Assembly: GCA_041671305.1 (NCBI GenBank)
Contig: JBAZBX010000004.1
Location: forward strand, 1-50,401
Direction of reading: 5' to 3'
Origin: Patescibacteria group bacterium
GTDB lineage: Bacteria > Patescibacteriota > Patescibacteriia > 2-01-FULL-39-33
DNA: 50,401 bases
In this document: positions 1 through 10,386 of the stretch, in pieces
How the letters are laid out: the number at the start of each line of letters is the position of its first letter
Position numbering within the stretch: the stretch's first letter is position 1
The notes under the pieces: generated by a model
The model's database searches: none
What the model was told of the DNA's origin: nothing
What the model saw: only the letters and a program-made list of their open reading frames with translations
Made by a program: the position numbers and the translations under genes

Positions 1-1
1 G

Positions 2-1861
2 CACGTTGATTTCACTGCTGAAGTTGAGCGTTCTCTTCGCGTGCTTGATGGCGGAGTAATTGTATTTGACGGTGTTGCTGGCGTAGAGCCACAATCAGAA
101 ACTGTTTGGAGACAATCAGAAAAATATCATGTACCAAAAATCGGTTTTGTAAACAAAATGGATAGAATGGGTGCAAATTTTTATAATGACATGAATTCTA
201 TTCATGAAAGATTGACTTTGAATGCTCATCCAATTCAATTACCAATTGGTGCTGCCGAAACTTTTTCTGGCATTATTGATTTGTTTGAAATGAAAGCAGA
301 AGTCTATCAAGATGAATTAGGAACAAAGTGGGAAGTGACTGACGTGCCTGCTGATGAATTAGAAAGAGCCAAGGAATTCAGAGCTAAATTAGTTGAAGCT
401 ATTGTAGAAAATGATGAGAAATTAATGGAAAGATATTTAGCCGGAGAAGAAATTTCTATCCCCGATTTGAAGAAGACACTCAGAAAAGCAGTTATTGATA
501 ATAAAATTGTTCCTATTCTTTGCGGCAGCGCTTTGAAAAATAAAGGTGTTCAATTCTTGCTTAATGCTATTGATGAATATCTTCCATCACCTATGGATGT
601 ATCTGCCCCATCTGGAACTGATGTTGATGATGAAGAAAAGAGCGTAGAAGTCAAAGTGACTGACGATGCTCCAATGGCCGGACTTGCTTTCAAAATTGCT
701 ACTGATCCTTTTGTTGGTAAATTAGTATTTTTCAGAGTATATAGTGGAGTTATGAGATCTGGATCATATTTGGTAAATAATTCTAATGGTAATAAAGAAA
801 GAATCGGACGTATTCTTCGTATGCACGCTAATTCCAGAGAAGAAATTGATGAAGTATATGCTGGAGAAATTGCCGCTATTGTTGGTATCAAACAAGTAAC
901 TACGGGTGACACATTGTCAGATCCTAGTTTCCCAGTTCATTTGGAAAATATTACTTTCCCAGAACCGGTTATTGACATTGCTGTTGAACCAAAAACTAAG
1001 GCTGACCAAGAAAAGATGGGCTTTGCTTTGGCGAAGTTGGCTGAAGAAGATCCAACTTTCAGAGTTCATACTGATGAAGAAACAACTCAAACTATTATTT
1101 CAGGAATGGGAGAATTACATTTGGATATTATTGTAGATAGAATGAAAAGAGAATTCAAAGTGGAAGCCAATATTGGTGCTCCTCAAGTAGCTTACAGAGA
1201 AACCATCAAGGGCAAGGCTGAAGCTGAAGGAAAGTATGTCAGACAATCTGGTGGACGTGGTCAATATGGACATTGCTGGATTAGATTAGAACCATCAGAA
1301 GCCAATAAAGGATTTGAATTTTTTGATGAAACCAAGGGTGGTGCGATTCCCAAAGAATATATCAAGCCAATTGAAAAAGGTATCAAAGAAGCTATGGACA
1401 GAGGTATTCTTGCTGGTTATCCTGCTATTGATATCAAGGCCACTGTTTATGATGGATCATTCCACGAAGTTGACTCTTCAGAAGCTGCTTTCAAAATCGC
1501 AGGTTCACTGGCTTTTCAAGAAGCTTCAAAGAGAGCAACTCCAATTATCCTTGAGCCAGTTATGAAAATTGAAGTTGTAACTCCTGAACAATTCATGGGA
1601 GATATTATTGGTGACTTGAATTCAAGACGTGCAATCATCGGTTCTATGGCTGATAGAGGCGCCGGAGCTACCGCACTCAAGATTATCACTGCCAATGTTC
1701 CATTGTCAGAAATGTTTGGCTATACTACAACACTAAGATCCATGTCACAAGGACGCGCCTCATCTTCCATGGAATTTTTCCAATATTGCGAGGTGCCAAA
1801 GAATGTTGAGGCCAAAATTGTTGAAACCAGAAAAGGTGGAACCGCAGAAAGAAAAGTTTAG
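2..1861 (+). CDS. fusA: Elongation factor G, 5' partial (N-terminus lies off the window)
   Basis: Frame open from the window edge ([19 protein letters not shown]...). EF-G-typical segments are present ([27 protein letters not shown], domain IV/V). Stop at 1859-1861. Lies upstream of tuf as in the str operon. Confidence 0.97.
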   Translation, partial: HVDFTAEVERSLRVLDGGVIVFDGVAGVEPQSETVWRQSEKYHVPKIGFVNKMDRMGANFYNDMNSIHERLTLNAHPIQLPIGAAETFSGIIDLFEMKAEVYQDELGTKWEVTDVPADELERAKEFRAKLVEAIVENDEKLMERYLAGEEISIPDLKKTLRKAVIDNKIVPILCGSALKNKGVQFLLNAIDEYLPSPMDVSAPSGTDVDDEEKSVEVKVTDDAPMAGLAFKIATDPFVGKLVFFRVYSGVMRSGSYLVNNSNGNKERIGRILRMHANSREEIDEVYAGEIAAIVGIKQVTTGDTLSDPSFPVHLENITFPEPVIDIAVEPKTKADQEKMGFALAKLAEEDPTFRVHTDEETTQTIISGMGELHLDIIVDRMKREFKVEANIGAPQVAYRETIKGKAEAEGKYVRQSGGRGQYGHCWIRLEPSEANKGFEFFDETKGGAIPKEYIKPIEKGIKEAMDRGILAGYPAIDIKATVYDGSFHEVDSSEAAFKIAGSLAFQEASKRATPIILEPVMKIEVVTPEQFMGDIIGDLNSRRAIIGSMADRGAGATALKIITANVPLSEMFGYTTTLRSMSQGRASSSMEFFQYCEVPKNVEAKIVETRKGGTAERKV

Positions 1862-1917
1862 CTGTATTTTGAAATAAAATTAGCTATTTTATCTAAATTT
1901 AAATAAAAATAAATTAT

Positions 1918-2301
1918 ATGTCCAACTTACAAAAAGTAGTGGATTTGATCAATAAAACTGGGGATAAAGCCATAGTTTTGGATCAAAATGGCGATCCTAA
2001 TTACGTTTTGATGAGCATGGATGATTATGAACAGCTAATTGTGGGTAAATCAGAGGTTCGTGGCTTGACAGAAGCTGAACTTTTAGATAAGATTAATCGT
2101 GATATCGCAGTTTGGAAAGAAGGCCAAAAATCACAAGATTCTAGCTTTGACAGCATTTCCAATTTGCCTGCGCAGGCAGAAGACTTATCTAATTTTAGAA
2201 GTTTTGATGAGGCATTTGATGCGGATATAGACCAGATTAAAGAAGAAGAGGGTTTGGATGAGGGAGATGAGGATAGGTTCTACTTTGAGTCAGTAGAATA
2301 A
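1918..2301 (+). CDS. Hypothetical acidic protein with Phd/YefM-antitoxin-like N-terminal segment
   Basis: 127-codon ATG ORF with the local ATATG start context. KAIVLDQNGDPNYVLMSMDDYEQL resembles the Phd/YefM core. The C-terminal tail is rich in D/E. Confidence 0.6.
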   Translation: MSNLQKVVDLINKTGDKAIVLDQNGDPNYVLMSMDDYEQLIVGKSEVRGLTEAELLDKINRDIAVWKEGQKSQDSSFDSISNLPAQAEDLSNFRSFDEAFDADIDQIKEEEGLDEGDEDRFYFESVE

Positions 2302-2318
2302 TTGTCTATATTTACCTC

Positions 2319-2346
2319 TTGCAAAAATAATTTATTGTGTTATAAT
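2319..2346 (+). promoter_or_regulatory. Sigma-70-like promoter upstream of tuf
   Basis: TTGCAA (2319-2324), 16-nt spacer, then TGT-TATAAT (extended -10; hexamer 2341-2346). Confidence 0.55.
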
Positions 2347-2435
2347 AATTAAGCTAAATAAATAATAATAATTCGTTAGACCTGGCTAAAACTCCCCATG
2401 CGGGTGAGGGTCTATACCGATAAGGAATAACTACA

Positions 2436-3623
2436 ATGGCAGAACAATTTAACAGAGCCAAGCCACATGTAAATGTGGGAACAATCGGTCACGTTGACCA
2501 CGGAAAGACTACTTTAACAGCAGCCATTCTTAACACTTTGGGTGAAAGAGGATTTACTGCTCAACATAAATCTGTTGATCAGATTGATGCCGCTCCAGAA
2601 GAAAAGGCTCGTGGTATTACTATTGCTACTGCTCACGTTGAATATGAAACAGAAAAAAGACATTATGCTCATGTAGACTGCCCAGGACACGCTGATTATA
2701 TCAAAAATATGATTACTGGTGCCGCTCAAATGGACGGCGCAATCTTGGTTGTAGCTGCTACTGATGGACCTATGCCTCAGACAAGAGAACATATTCTTTT
2801 GGCTAATCAGGTTGGCGTTCCTCATATTGTAGTTTTTATTAATAAAGTTGATCAGGTTGATGATGAATCATTGGTTGATTTGGTTGAAGAAGAAATTAGA
2901 GATCTGCTCAAGAAATATCAATTTGATGGAGACAATGCTCCAGTTATCAGAGGCTCTGCTTTGAAAGCTTTACAAGATCCAAAGGGTGCTGATGGCGATG
3001 CTATCATGAAACTTATGGATGCTTTGGATACTTATATCCCTGAGCCAGTTAGGGCTACTGACCAACCTTTCCTTATGCCTATTGAGGATGTATTCTCCAT
3101 TGAAGGTAGAGGAACTGTAGTTACTGGTAGAATTGAAAGAGGTCTTGTCAAGCTAAACGAAGAGGTTGAATTGGTTGGTTTGGCTGATACCAAAAAGACT
3201 GTAGTTACCGGAATTGAAATGTTTAACAAGAATTTAGACGAAGGTAGAGCTGGTGATAATGCTGGAATTTTGCTTCGTGGTATTAAGAAAGATGAAGTTG
3301 AAAGAGGACAGGTGTTGTGTAAACCAGGATCAATCACTCCACATTCTGAATTTGAAGCTGAAGTTTATGTGCTTAGCAAAGAAGAAGGTGGAAGACACAA
3401 ACCATTTTTCAAAGGATATAAACCACAGTTTTATATCAGAACAACTGATGTAACTGGAGAGGTTGAATTGCCAGAAGGTAAAGAAATGGTTATGCCTGGG
3501 GATACGGTCAATTTGAAAATCAAATTGGGTAAGACCGTTGCTATGGAAGAAAAGATGAAATTCGCCATCAGAGAAGGCGGACACACTGTTGGAGCTGGCG
3601 TGGTGACCAAAATAATCAAGTAA
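2436..3623 (+). CDS. tuf: Elongation factor Tu
   Basis: 395 aa with [18 protein letters not shown] and NKVD GTPase motifs. Full-length EF-Tu architecture. Confidence 0.99.
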   Translation: MAEQFNRAKPHVNVGTIGHVDHGKTTLTAAILNTLGERGFTAQHKSVDQIDAAPEEKARGITIATAHVEYETEKRHYAHVDCPGHADYIKNMITGAAQMDGAILVVAATDGPMPQTREHILLANQVGVPHIVVFINKVDQVDDESLVDLVEEEIRDLLKKYQFDGDNAPVIRGSALKALQDPKGADGDAIMKLMDALDTYIPEPVRATDQPFLMPIEDVFSIEGRGTVVTGRIERGLVKLNEEVELVGLADTKKTVVTGIEMFNKNLDEGRAGDNAGILLRGIKKDEVERGQVLCKPGSITPHSEFEAEVYVLSKEEGGRHKPFFKGYKPQFYIRTTDVTGEVELPEGKEMVMPGDTVNLKIKLGKTVAMEEKMKFAIREGGHTVGAGVVTKIIK

Positions 3624-3635
3624 ATATTTTCACAT

Positions 3636-3663
3636 ATAGAGACATCCTTAGGGGTGTCTCTAT
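3636..3663 (+). promoter_or_regulatory. Stem-loop between tuf and rpsJ (possible attenuator or processing hairpin)
   Basis: ATAGAGACA (3636-3644) pairs with TGTCTCTAT (3655-3663) around a 10-nt loop. No T-run follows. Confidence 0.4.
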
Positions 3664-3699
3664 GTAGTGAATGTTTAAATAGAAGATAATAATAAAAAA

Positions 3700-4047
3700 A
3701 TGGCATTAAAAACTACTTCTGCAACGCCTGAAAATGACAAGCCACATCAGAGAATCAGGATTAAGATCAAAGCTTACGATCACAAGATAATTGATAATTC
3801 CGCAAAAAAGATTATTGATACTTGCCAAAGATTCGGAGCCAAGGTCGTCGGTCCAGTTCCACTTCCTACTGAGAAGAAGAAATATACGGTCAATAAGTCA
3901 ACTTTTGTTCACAAGGATAGCAGGGATCAATTTGAGATGAGGATTCACAAAAGACTTCTAGACATTCTAGATCCAAATTCTCAGACTGTGGATGCGCTTA
4001 TGAATTTGAGTTTGCCAGCAGGAGTCAATGTAGAAATAAAAATGTAA
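3700..4047 (+). CDS. rpsJ: 30S ribosomal protein S10
   Basis: [23 protein letters not shown]...[36 protein letters not shown] is a typical S10 sequence. Confidence 0.97.
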   Translation: MALKTTSATPENDKPHQRIRIKIKAYDHKIIDNSAKKIIDTCQRFGAKVVGPVPLPTEKKKYTVNKSTFVHKDSRDQFEMRIHKRLLDILDPNSQTVDALMNLSLPAGVNVEIKM

Positions 4048-4228
4048 ATTAAATAAGTCTGTTTTTTGAAAAGACGGATTGATAAAGAAAATGGAGAAAG
4101 ATCCGAGGATAAAAGTAGCTTTTAGCGGAAAACCTCCATTGTCAATATGAATCTCGTGAGAGGAAAAATAAAAAATATTTTAAATCAGAAAATAATTATC
4201 AGCGCTTTATATGAGCGCTTTGATGAAT

Positions 4229-4257
4229 CTGGCTTAGGATATTTGCCAGGTTTTTTT
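4229..4257 (+). terminator. Rho-independent-terminator-like hairpin inside the S10-L3 spacer
   Basis: CTGGC (4229-4233) and GCCAG (4245-4249) form the stem, followed by a T7 run (4251-4257). Confidence 0.45.
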
Positions 4258-4347
4258 ATTCAAAATAAGATTGTTAAATGGTCAAATTGCTAAATTGTTT
4301 AAGAAATTAACAGTTTGACAATTGAACCATTTAGCCATTAATAATAT

Positions 4348-5118
4348 ATGAAATTCATTTTAGGAAAAAAATTAGAAATGACTCAGATTTTCAAGGAAGA
4401 CGGAACAGTTATTCCCGTTACTGCTGTTGTTGCTACAGATAATGTAATTGCTCAGATCAAAACCAAAGATAAAGACGGCTATGTGGCGGTTCAGGTTGGT
4501 TTCGGTCACGGTAAGCACAATAACAAGGCCAAGGCAGGACACTTGAAAAATTTAGACGCCATTCAAACGCTCAAAGAATTCAGAATGAAGGAAAATGAAT
4601 TGCCCGAAGTTAAGCGTGGAGATAAAATAAGCGTAGCCGCATTCCAGACAGGAGATGAGGTGGAAGTAATTGGTTTCTCCAAGGGCAGAGGATTTCAAGG
4701 CGGAGTCAAAAGACATGGATTTCATGGACAAAAAGCTTCTCATGGACACAAAGATCAAGAAAGGATGCCTGGCTCAATTGGTGCCGGTGGCGTACAGAGA
4801 GTTTTCAAAGGTGTAAGGATGGCCGGAAGAATGGGCGGAGATCAGGTAACTGTCAAGGGCTTAGAAATTATTTCCATTGATGAAGAAAAAAATATTCTTT
4901 ATATTAAAGGAGCTGTACCTGGAGCCAGAAACGGTTTGATTATAGTAAGTGGTGAAGGTAAATTAGAGATAAAGAAGTCGGTTTTTGTTGAAGCTACTGC
5001 GGTCAAAGAAGAAGTTAAAGCTGAAGATGTGGTATTGGAAGAAAAGAAAGAAGAAACTGTTACTCCGGTTGAAGAGATTAAGATTGAGGAAGCCAAAGAG
5101 GAAGTTAAAAGCGAATAA
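4348..5118 (+). CDS. rplC: 50S ribosomal protein L3 with E/K/V-rich C-terminal extension
   Basis: L3 core (FKGVRMAGRMGGDQVTV) plus about 50 extra C-terminal residues (KEEVKAEDVVLEEKKEE...). Confidence 0.97.
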   Translation: MKFILGKKLEMTQIFKEDGTVIPVTAVVATDNVIAQIKTKDKDGYVAVQVGFGHGKHNNKAKAGHLKNLDAIQTLKEFRMKENELPEVKRGDKISVAAFQTGDEVEVIGFSKGRGFQGGVKRHGFHGQKASHGHKDQERMPGSIGAGGVQRVFKGVRMAGRMGGDQVTVKGLEIISIDEEKNILYIKGAVPGARNGLIIVSGEGKLEIKKSVFVEATAVKEEVKAEDVVLEEKKEETVTPVEEIKIEEAKEEVKSE

Positions 5119-5147
5119 TTAAATTATCAGTTATTAGTTATATTAAT

Positions 5148-5828
5148 ATGAAATTACCAGTCTACAATTCAGCGGGAGAAAAGACCAAGGAAGTAGAATT
5201 AAGTTCTAGAATATTCGGTGTAAAAATAAAGCCTGAAGTTATTCATCAAGTGGTAATTGCCCAACAGGCAAATTCCAGGCAGGTTCTTGCCCATACCAAA
5301 GATAAGAGTGAAGTACGAGGCGGTGGTAAGAAGCCATGGAAGCAAAAGGGTACCGGACGCGCTAGACATGGATCATCCAGGTCTCCAATTTGGAAAGGCG
5401 GAGGCGTTACTTTTGGACCTACTAAGGATAGGAATTTTACTCTCGGAGTGAATGCTAAGCAGAAACAAGTAGCCATGGCAATGTGTCTATCTGATAAGGT
5501 GGCTAATAATTCATTTATAGTATTTGAAAAAATAGAGCTTCCAGAAGGCAAAACTAAGGAGCTGACTTCTTGGATCAAGAATATCAAGTCCAAGATCGTA
5601 GCTCTCGGAAAGACTAAAAAAGTTTTGTTTATTTTGGATAACAATGACGAGAAATTTATCAGATCAGCATATAATTTGAAGAATGCCAATACTATTTTGG
5701 CTGATTCTCTAAATTGTGTTGAATTGCTTAAATATGATGCGGTTTTGGCCTCAACTGAAGCAGTAGAAAAGATAGAGAAGCATTACAAAAAAGTATCAAG
5801 TAAAGTAAATAAAGAAGAAACTAAATAA
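5148..5828 (+). CDS. rplD: 50S ribosomal protein L4
   Basis: KPWKQKGTGRARHGSSRSPIWKGGGVTFGP motif. Position after rplC. Confidence 0.97.
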   Translation: MKLPVYNSAGEKTKEVELSSRIFGVKIKPEVIHQVVIAQQANSRQVLAHTKDKSEVRGGGKKPWKQKGTGRARHGSSRSPIWKGGGVTFGPTKDRNFTLGVNAKQKQVAMAMCLSDKVANNSFIVFEKIELPEGKTKELTSWIKNIKSKIVALGKTKKVLFILDNNDEKFIRSAYNLKNANTILADSLNCVELLKYDAVLASTEAVEKIEKHYKKVSSKVNKEETK

Positions 5829-5832
5829 AGAT

Positions 5833-6315
5833 ATGGGAATCTTTGATAAATTCAAAAATAAGAAAGATGACGATTTGGCTGATGAAAAAGTTGTAGTTTC
5901 GCCATCTGTTAATTCAGTTGCACCCAAGACCAAAACTGTGTCCAAGGTCAAATCTGAAAAAACAGAAGAGATTAAATCAGAAGTTTCAGAAGTTAAAGAG
6001 CAGACAACAGTTTCCAAGACTAAGACAGGAGAAAATCTATTTGGCGTATTGGTTAGACCAATAGTTACAGAAAAATCTTCTATGCTTGGACAGCTAAATC
6101 AGTATGCTTTCTTGGTATCCACTAATGCCAATAAGATTCAGGTAGCCAAAGCGGTAAAAGAAAAATATGGCGTGGAACCGGTCAGAGTAAATATTTTGAA
6201 TAAAAGCGGAAGAAGAGTTAGATATGGCAAAACATACGGCAAAACTAGTGATACTAGAAAAGCCATTGTTTTCTTGCCAGAGGGCAAATCTATTACTATT
6301 TATGAAGGAGTATAA
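5833..6315 (+). CDS. rplW: 50S ribosomal protein L23 with ~65-aa N-terminal extension
   Basis: The L23 core starts near LVRPIVTEKS. A K/E/S/T-rich N-terminal stretch precedes it. The ATG lies 5 nt after the rplD stop. Confidence 0.9.
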   Translation: MGIFDKFKNKKDDDLADEKVVVSPSVNSVAPKTKTVSKVKSEKTEEIKSEVSEVKEQTTVSKTKTGENLFGVLVRPIVTEKSSMLGQLNQYAFLVSTNANKIQVAKAVKEKYGVEPVRVNILNKSGRRVRYGKTYGKTSDTRKAIVFLPEGKSITIYEGV

Positions 6316-6322
6316 TTAATAT

Positions 6323-7171
6323 ATGGCAATAAGAATTTACAAACCAACATCTCCCGCCAGACGTCAAACATCTGTTTTGATAAGTACGGATACCGGTGCC
6401 AATAAGCCACTTAAGAAGTTAATTCTTAGTGGTAAGAATTTTGCCGGAAGAAATAATCAAGGCAAAATTACGGTTAGGCATCAAGGTGGTGGCTACAATA
6501 AGAAAGTTAGAATAGTTGATTTCAAAAGAGATAAGTTTGATATTCCTGCAGTAGTGTTTTCCATTGAATATGATCCAGGTAGAAATGCCAAGATTGCCTT
6601 GCTTCATTATGCTGATGGCGAAAAAAGATATATAATAGCTCCAGACGGCTTGAAAGCAGGAGAAAAATTATTTAGTTCAGCTAAGCTTATTGAGATTAAA
6701 GTCGGCAACCACATGCCTTTGGAAGTTATTCCTCCTGGGATGTTTGTCCATAATGTAGAGCTTTATCCGGGTAAGGGAGCGCAAATAGCCAGAGGCGCAG
6801 GCAACAATGTTTATCTGATGGGTATTGATAATGGCAAAGCACAATTGAAAATGCCTTCAGGTGAAGTCAGATTAGTTTCTGAAAAATGTTTAGCTACTAT
6901 TGGTACCGTTAGCAATCCCGAATTCAAGAATATTCGTTGGGGTAAAGCAGGAAGAATGCGACATAAAGGTATCAGACCAACCGTTAGAGGAAAAGTTATG
7001 AATCCAGTTGATCATCCTCATGGTGGAGGTGAAGGACATAATCCAATCGGTATGAAGCATCCAAAAACTCCTTGGGGCAAGCCAGCTTTGGGAGTCAAGA
7101 CTAGAAAGCCGAATAAGAGGTCACAGAAAATGATTTTGAAAAGAAGACCGTCCAGAAAGAAGAGTAAATAA
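6323..7171 (+). CDS. rplB: 50S ribosomal protein L2
   Basis: 282 aa with [13 protein letters not shown] motif. Confidence 0.98.
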   Translation: MAIRIYKPTSPARRQTSVLISTDTGANKPLKKLILSGKNFAGRNNQGKITVRHQGGGYNKKVRIVDFKRDKFDIPAVVFSIEYDPGRNAKIALLHYADGEKRYIIAPDGLKAGEKLFSSAKLIEIKVGNHMPLEVIPPGMFVHNVELYPGKGAQIARGAGNNVYLMGIDNGKAQLKMPSGEVRLVSEKCLATIGTVSNPEFKNIRWGKAGRMRHKGIRPTVRGKVMNPVDHPHGGGEGHNPIGMKHPKTPWGKPALGVKTRKPNKRSQKMILKRRPSRKKSK

Positions 7172-7199
7172 TTAAACAAATAAGAAATCACATAATTAT

Positions 7200-7487
7200 A
7201 TGTCAAGAAGCTTAAAGAAAGGTCCATACGTAGATCAAAGATTGATGGGCAAATTAGCCAAGTTGAAAAGAGGCGAAAAAATCGTCATCAAGACCTGGGC
7301 TAGGAATTCCACTATCACTCCAGAAATGGTAGGATTTACTTTTGGCGTGCATAATGGCAAAGAGCATATTCCTGTGTTGGTTTCAGAAAATATGGTTGGT
7401 CACAAGCTTGGTGAATTTTCTCCAACAAAGAAGTTTATCAAACATGGTGGAAAAATCCAGAAAGCAATAGAACAATCTAAGAAGTAA
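7200..7487 (+). CDS. rpsS: 30S ribosomal protein S19
   Basis: [11 protein letters not shown]...[10 protein letters not shown]. Confidence 0.98.
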   Translation: MSRSLKKGPYVDQRLMGKLAKLKRGEKIVIKTWARNSTITPEMVGFTFGVHNGKEHIPVLVSENMVGHKLGEFSPTKKFIKHGGKIQKAIEQSKK

Positions 7488-7494
7488 TAATTTT

Positions 7495-8034
7495 ATGGAA
7501 ACCAAAGCTAAAGCAAAATTTCTAAAGATTTCACCTAGAAAGGTCAGACTGGTTGCAGATTTGATCAGAGGTTTGAACGTGGAAGAAGCCATGGTCCAGT
7601 TGCAATTCACAAGAAAAGGATCTTGTGAACCACTAAGAAAACTTTTGAAATCAGCTATGGCCAATGCCGAAGAAAATAATGACCTGAAAAGAAGCAACCT
7701 GTTTATTTCTGAGATCAGAGTTGATGAGGCTCCTATTACTTATCGCTGGATGCCTAGAGCTATGGGCAGAGCTACTCCAATTAGAAAAAGAGCATCTCAT
7801 GTCAGTGTAACTTTGGGTGAAAGAATTCCTACTACGGATAAGAAGGTCAAGGAGAAAAAAGATAAAAAAGATGATATTATTAAGATAGAAGATTTTGATC
7901 AGTTGAAGGCAGTAGAGAAAGAAAAGGGCAAGGAAGAGAAGATGACTGATGGCAAAGGAAAAGGCGGAGCCGCCGCTAAACCGCAAAAAGGTTTTTCAAA
8001 TAAAATATTTAATAGACGATCAGGCGAAAGATAA
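7495..8034 (+). CDS. rplV: 50S ribosomal protein L22 with K/E-rich C-terminal extension
   Basis: L22 core (ISPRKVRLVADLIRG...RASHVSVTL) followed by a lysine/glutamate-rich tail of about 65 aa. Confidence 0.95.
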   Translation: METKAKAKFLKISPRKVRLVADLIRGLNVEEAMVQLQFTRKGSCEPLRKLLKSAMANAEENNDLKRSNLFISEIRVDEAPITYRWMPRAMGRATPIRKRASHVSVTLGERIPTTDKKVKEKKDKKDDIIKIEDFDQLKAVEKEKGKEEKMTDGKGKGGAAAKPQKGFSNKIFNRRSGER

Positions 8035-8039
8035 AATAT

Positions 8040-8777
8040 ATGGGTCAAAAAGTTCATCCAAAGAGTTTTAGATTAAAAATAAACAAGACTTGGGATTCCA
8101 AGTGGTATGCTGATCCGAAAGATTTTGCAAGTTTTTTGAGGCAGGATGTTTTGGTTCGCAAATTCATTTTGAAAAAGTTAAAGACGGCCATGGTGGCCAG
8201 AGTGGATATTGAGAGAACATCAAATGCTCTTAATATTAATATTTATTCAGCTAAGCCAGGTATTATTATTGGTCGCGGAGGACAGGGAGCTGAAGATTTG
8301 AAGAAGGAAATTCACAATAATTTCATTAAGGATGCATTTAGCAGAAAGAAGGGACTCAAGAATATTAATGTAAATATTTTGGAAGTTGAGAGACCAGGAG
8401 TAGAAGCATCTCTAGTCGCTCAATCTGTTGCTGGCGATTTAGAAAGACGTATTCCTTTCAGAAGATCTATCAAGCAGGCTATTGGAAGAGTAGAAAAGGC
8501 TGGAGCCAAAGGCGTTAAAATTATAGTTTCTGGAAGATTGGATGGAGCCGAAATCGCTAGACGAGAAACTTTGTTCTCAGGTTCAATTCCTCTTCATACT
8601 CTTAGAGCTGATATTGATTATTCTAGATTAGCAGCTATGACTATTTATGGAAAAATAGGAATTAAAGTCTGGATTTATAAGGGAGAAGTTTTTGAAGATA
8701 AAAAAAATAAAGAAGAAGGCAAGAATAAAGAGAATGGAGAAAGAAAAACAAATTATAGAGAAAAATCAAATAATTAA
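8040..8777 (+). CDS. rpsC: 30S ribosomal protein S3
   Basis: [12 protein letters not shown] start, KH domain and [10 protein letters not shown] motif. Confidence 0.98.
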   Translation: MGQKVHPKSFRLKINKTWDSKWYADPKDFASFLRQDVLVRKFILKKLKTAMVARVDIERTSNALNINIYSAKPGIIIGRGGQGAEDLKKEIHNNFIKDAFSRKKGLKNINVNILEVERPGVEASLVAQSVAGDLERRIPFRRSIKQAIGRVEKAGAKGVKIIVSGRLDGAEIARRETLFSGSIPLHTLRADIDYSRLAAMTIYGKIGIKVWIYKGEVFEDKKNKEEGKNKENGERKTNYREKSNN

Positions 8778-8782
8778 ATATT

Positions 8783-9190
8783 ATGTTGGCACCAAAGAAA
8801 TTAAAAAGAAGAAAACAGCACCGTCCAGATGTACGAGGTGTAGCCACCGCTGGCAATACTGTTGCTTTTGGTAAGTTTGCCTTGAAGGCAATTACTGGGG
8901 GTTGGGTTGATGCCAAACAAATAGAAGCTTCTAGAAGAGTTATGACCAGATTTGTAAAACGTGGCGGAAAGATTTGGATCAGAATATTCCCACATAGACC
9001 TATCACCAATAAAGGTAGTCAGTCCACTATGGGCGGAGGAAAAGGTGTACCAGAATATTATGTAGCAATCGTAAAGCCAGGAACGGTTATATTTGAAATG
9101 GATGGTATTACTGAAGCTCAGGCGATGGAAGCTATGACTTTGGCCGGACACAAATTGCCAGTAAAAACTAGAGTAGTAATTAAGGATTAA
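8783..9190 (+). CDS. rplP: 50S ribosomal protein L16
   Basis: [14 protein letters not shown]...[12 protein letters not shown]. Confidence 0.98.
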   Translation: MLAPKKLKRRKQHRPDVRGVATAGNTVAFGKFALKAITGGWVDAKQIEASRRVMTRFVKRGGKIWIRIFPHRPITNKGSQSTMGGGKGVPEYYVAIVKPGTVIFEMDGITEAQAMEAMTLAGHKLPVKTRVVIKD

Positions 9191-9194
9191 TTAT

Positions 9195-9380
9195 ATGGAA
9201 ATTAAAGAATTAAGATTAAAATCAGAGGGAGAATTGGATTCTGTTTTGCATGATTTACGTAAGAAAAGAGAAGATTTAGAATTTAAGTCCAAACAGAATC
9301 AATTGAAAGAGGTTCGTAATCTTCGTGTCGTAAAGAAAGATATCGCTCAAGTTTTAACTGTTTTAAAAGAGAAAAAATAA
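9195..9380 (+). CDS. rpmC: 50S ribosomal protein L29
   Basis: 61 aa helical protein (IKELRLKSEGEL...) in the operon position after rplP. Confidence 0.93.
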   Translation: MEIKELRLKSEGELDSVLHDLRKKREDLEFKSKQNQLKEVRNLRVVKKDIAQVLTVLKEKK

Positions 9381-9385
9381 ATTAT

Positions 9386-9634
9386 ATGTCAGAAGAAAAA
9401 AAAGTAACCCATAGGAAGTTTAAGGGCGTCGTTGTCTCCAGTAAAATGGACAAGACTGCTGTGGTTCAGGTTGAGTCTTTTAAACTACATCCTAAATACA
9501 AGAAGAGATATAAAGTCAGCAAGAAATACAAAGTTCATGATGAAAATAACATTTGTAAGGTTGGAGATAAGATTGAATTTATTGAATGCAAACCAATGAG
9601 CAAGGATAAGAGATGGTCAGTAGTAATTAAATAA
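9386..9634 (+). CDS. rpsQ: 30S ribosomal protein S17
   Basis: 82 aa, GVVVSSKMDKTAVVQVE...HPKYKKRY. Confidence 0.96.
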   Translation: MSEEKKVTHRKFKGVVVSSKMDKTAVVQVESFKLHPKYKKRYKVSKKYKVHDENNICKVGDKIEFIECKPMSKDKRWSVVIK

Positions 9635-9655
9635 AAATATCATAATTGAATATAT

Positions 9656-10027
9656 ATGGTACAAATGCAATCAATGTTAAAGTCAGCTGATAATACCGGA
9701 GCCAAAAAGCTCTGTGTGATTAAGGCACTTGGAGGATATCAAAGAAGATATGCTAGACTTGGTGATATTGTAACAGCATCAGTCAAAGAGGCTACTCCGC
9801 ATAGCATGGTTAAAAAAGGCGATGTAGTACAGGCAGTACTAGTTCGTACCAGAAAAGAAGTGAGAAGGCCAGATGGTTCATATATCAGATTTGATGATAA
9901 CGCCGCTGTAATTATAGATATGAAGAATAAGGAAATGAAAGGGACTAGAATTTTTGGTCCAGTTGCTAGAGAGCTTAGAAATTTGGGATACCAGAAGATT
10001 ATTTCTTTGGCTCCAGAAGTATTATAA
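9656..10027 (+). CDS. rplN: 50S ribosomal protein L14
   Basis: [18 protein letters not shown]...[12 protein letters not shown]. Confidence 0.98.
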   Translation: MVQMQSMLKSADNTGAKKLCVIKALGGYQRRYARLGDIVTASVKEATPHSMVKKGDVVQAVLVRTRKEVRRPDGSYIRFDDNAAVIIDMKNKEMKGTRIFGPVARELRNLGYQKIISLAPEVL

Positions 10028-10059
10028 AAGAGACATAAAAATTATTAAATATCAAAGAT

Positions 10060-10371
10060 ATGAAAATAAAAGTCGGGGATAAAGTAAAGATTTTGTCCGG
10101 TAAGGACAAAGGAAAGTCCGGAAAAGTACTTCAGGTTTTTGTCAATGAAGAAAGAGTTGTAGTTGAAGGATTGAATTTGATGATCAAGAATCAGAAAGGC
10201 AAAAGACAGGGAGAAAAAGGACAGAGAATTCAGTTTCCATGCCCGATCAATATTTCCAATTTAGCTTTGGTTTGTCCAAGATGCGGTGCAGCTGCGAGAG
10301 TTGGATACAAGATGTCAGAAGATGGTTCCAAAAAGAGCAGGATGTGCAAGAAATGCCAGGAAGCTATATAA
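10060..10371 (+). CDS. rplX: 50S ribosomal protein L24 (zinc-ribbon form)
   Basis: KOW motif VKILSGKDKGKSGKV. The C-terminus carries CPRC...CKKC, as in the Thermus-type Cys-containing L24. Confidence 0.95.
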   Translation: MKIKVGDKVKILSGKDKGKSGKVLQVFVNEERVVVEGLNLMIKNQKGKRQGEKGQRIQFPCPINISNLALVCPRCGAAARVGYKMSEDGSKKSRMCKKCQEAI

Positions 10372-10386
10372 AATATTAATATAAAT

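Noticed and set aside
4147-4296. 49-codon ORF (MNLVRGKIKNILNQKIIISALYERFDESGLGYLPGFFIQNKIVKWSNC) in the S10-L3 spacer.
   Set aside because: It reads through the terminator-like hairpin and T-run at 4229-4257 and has no recognisable family or SD. It is kept only as part of the spacer observation.
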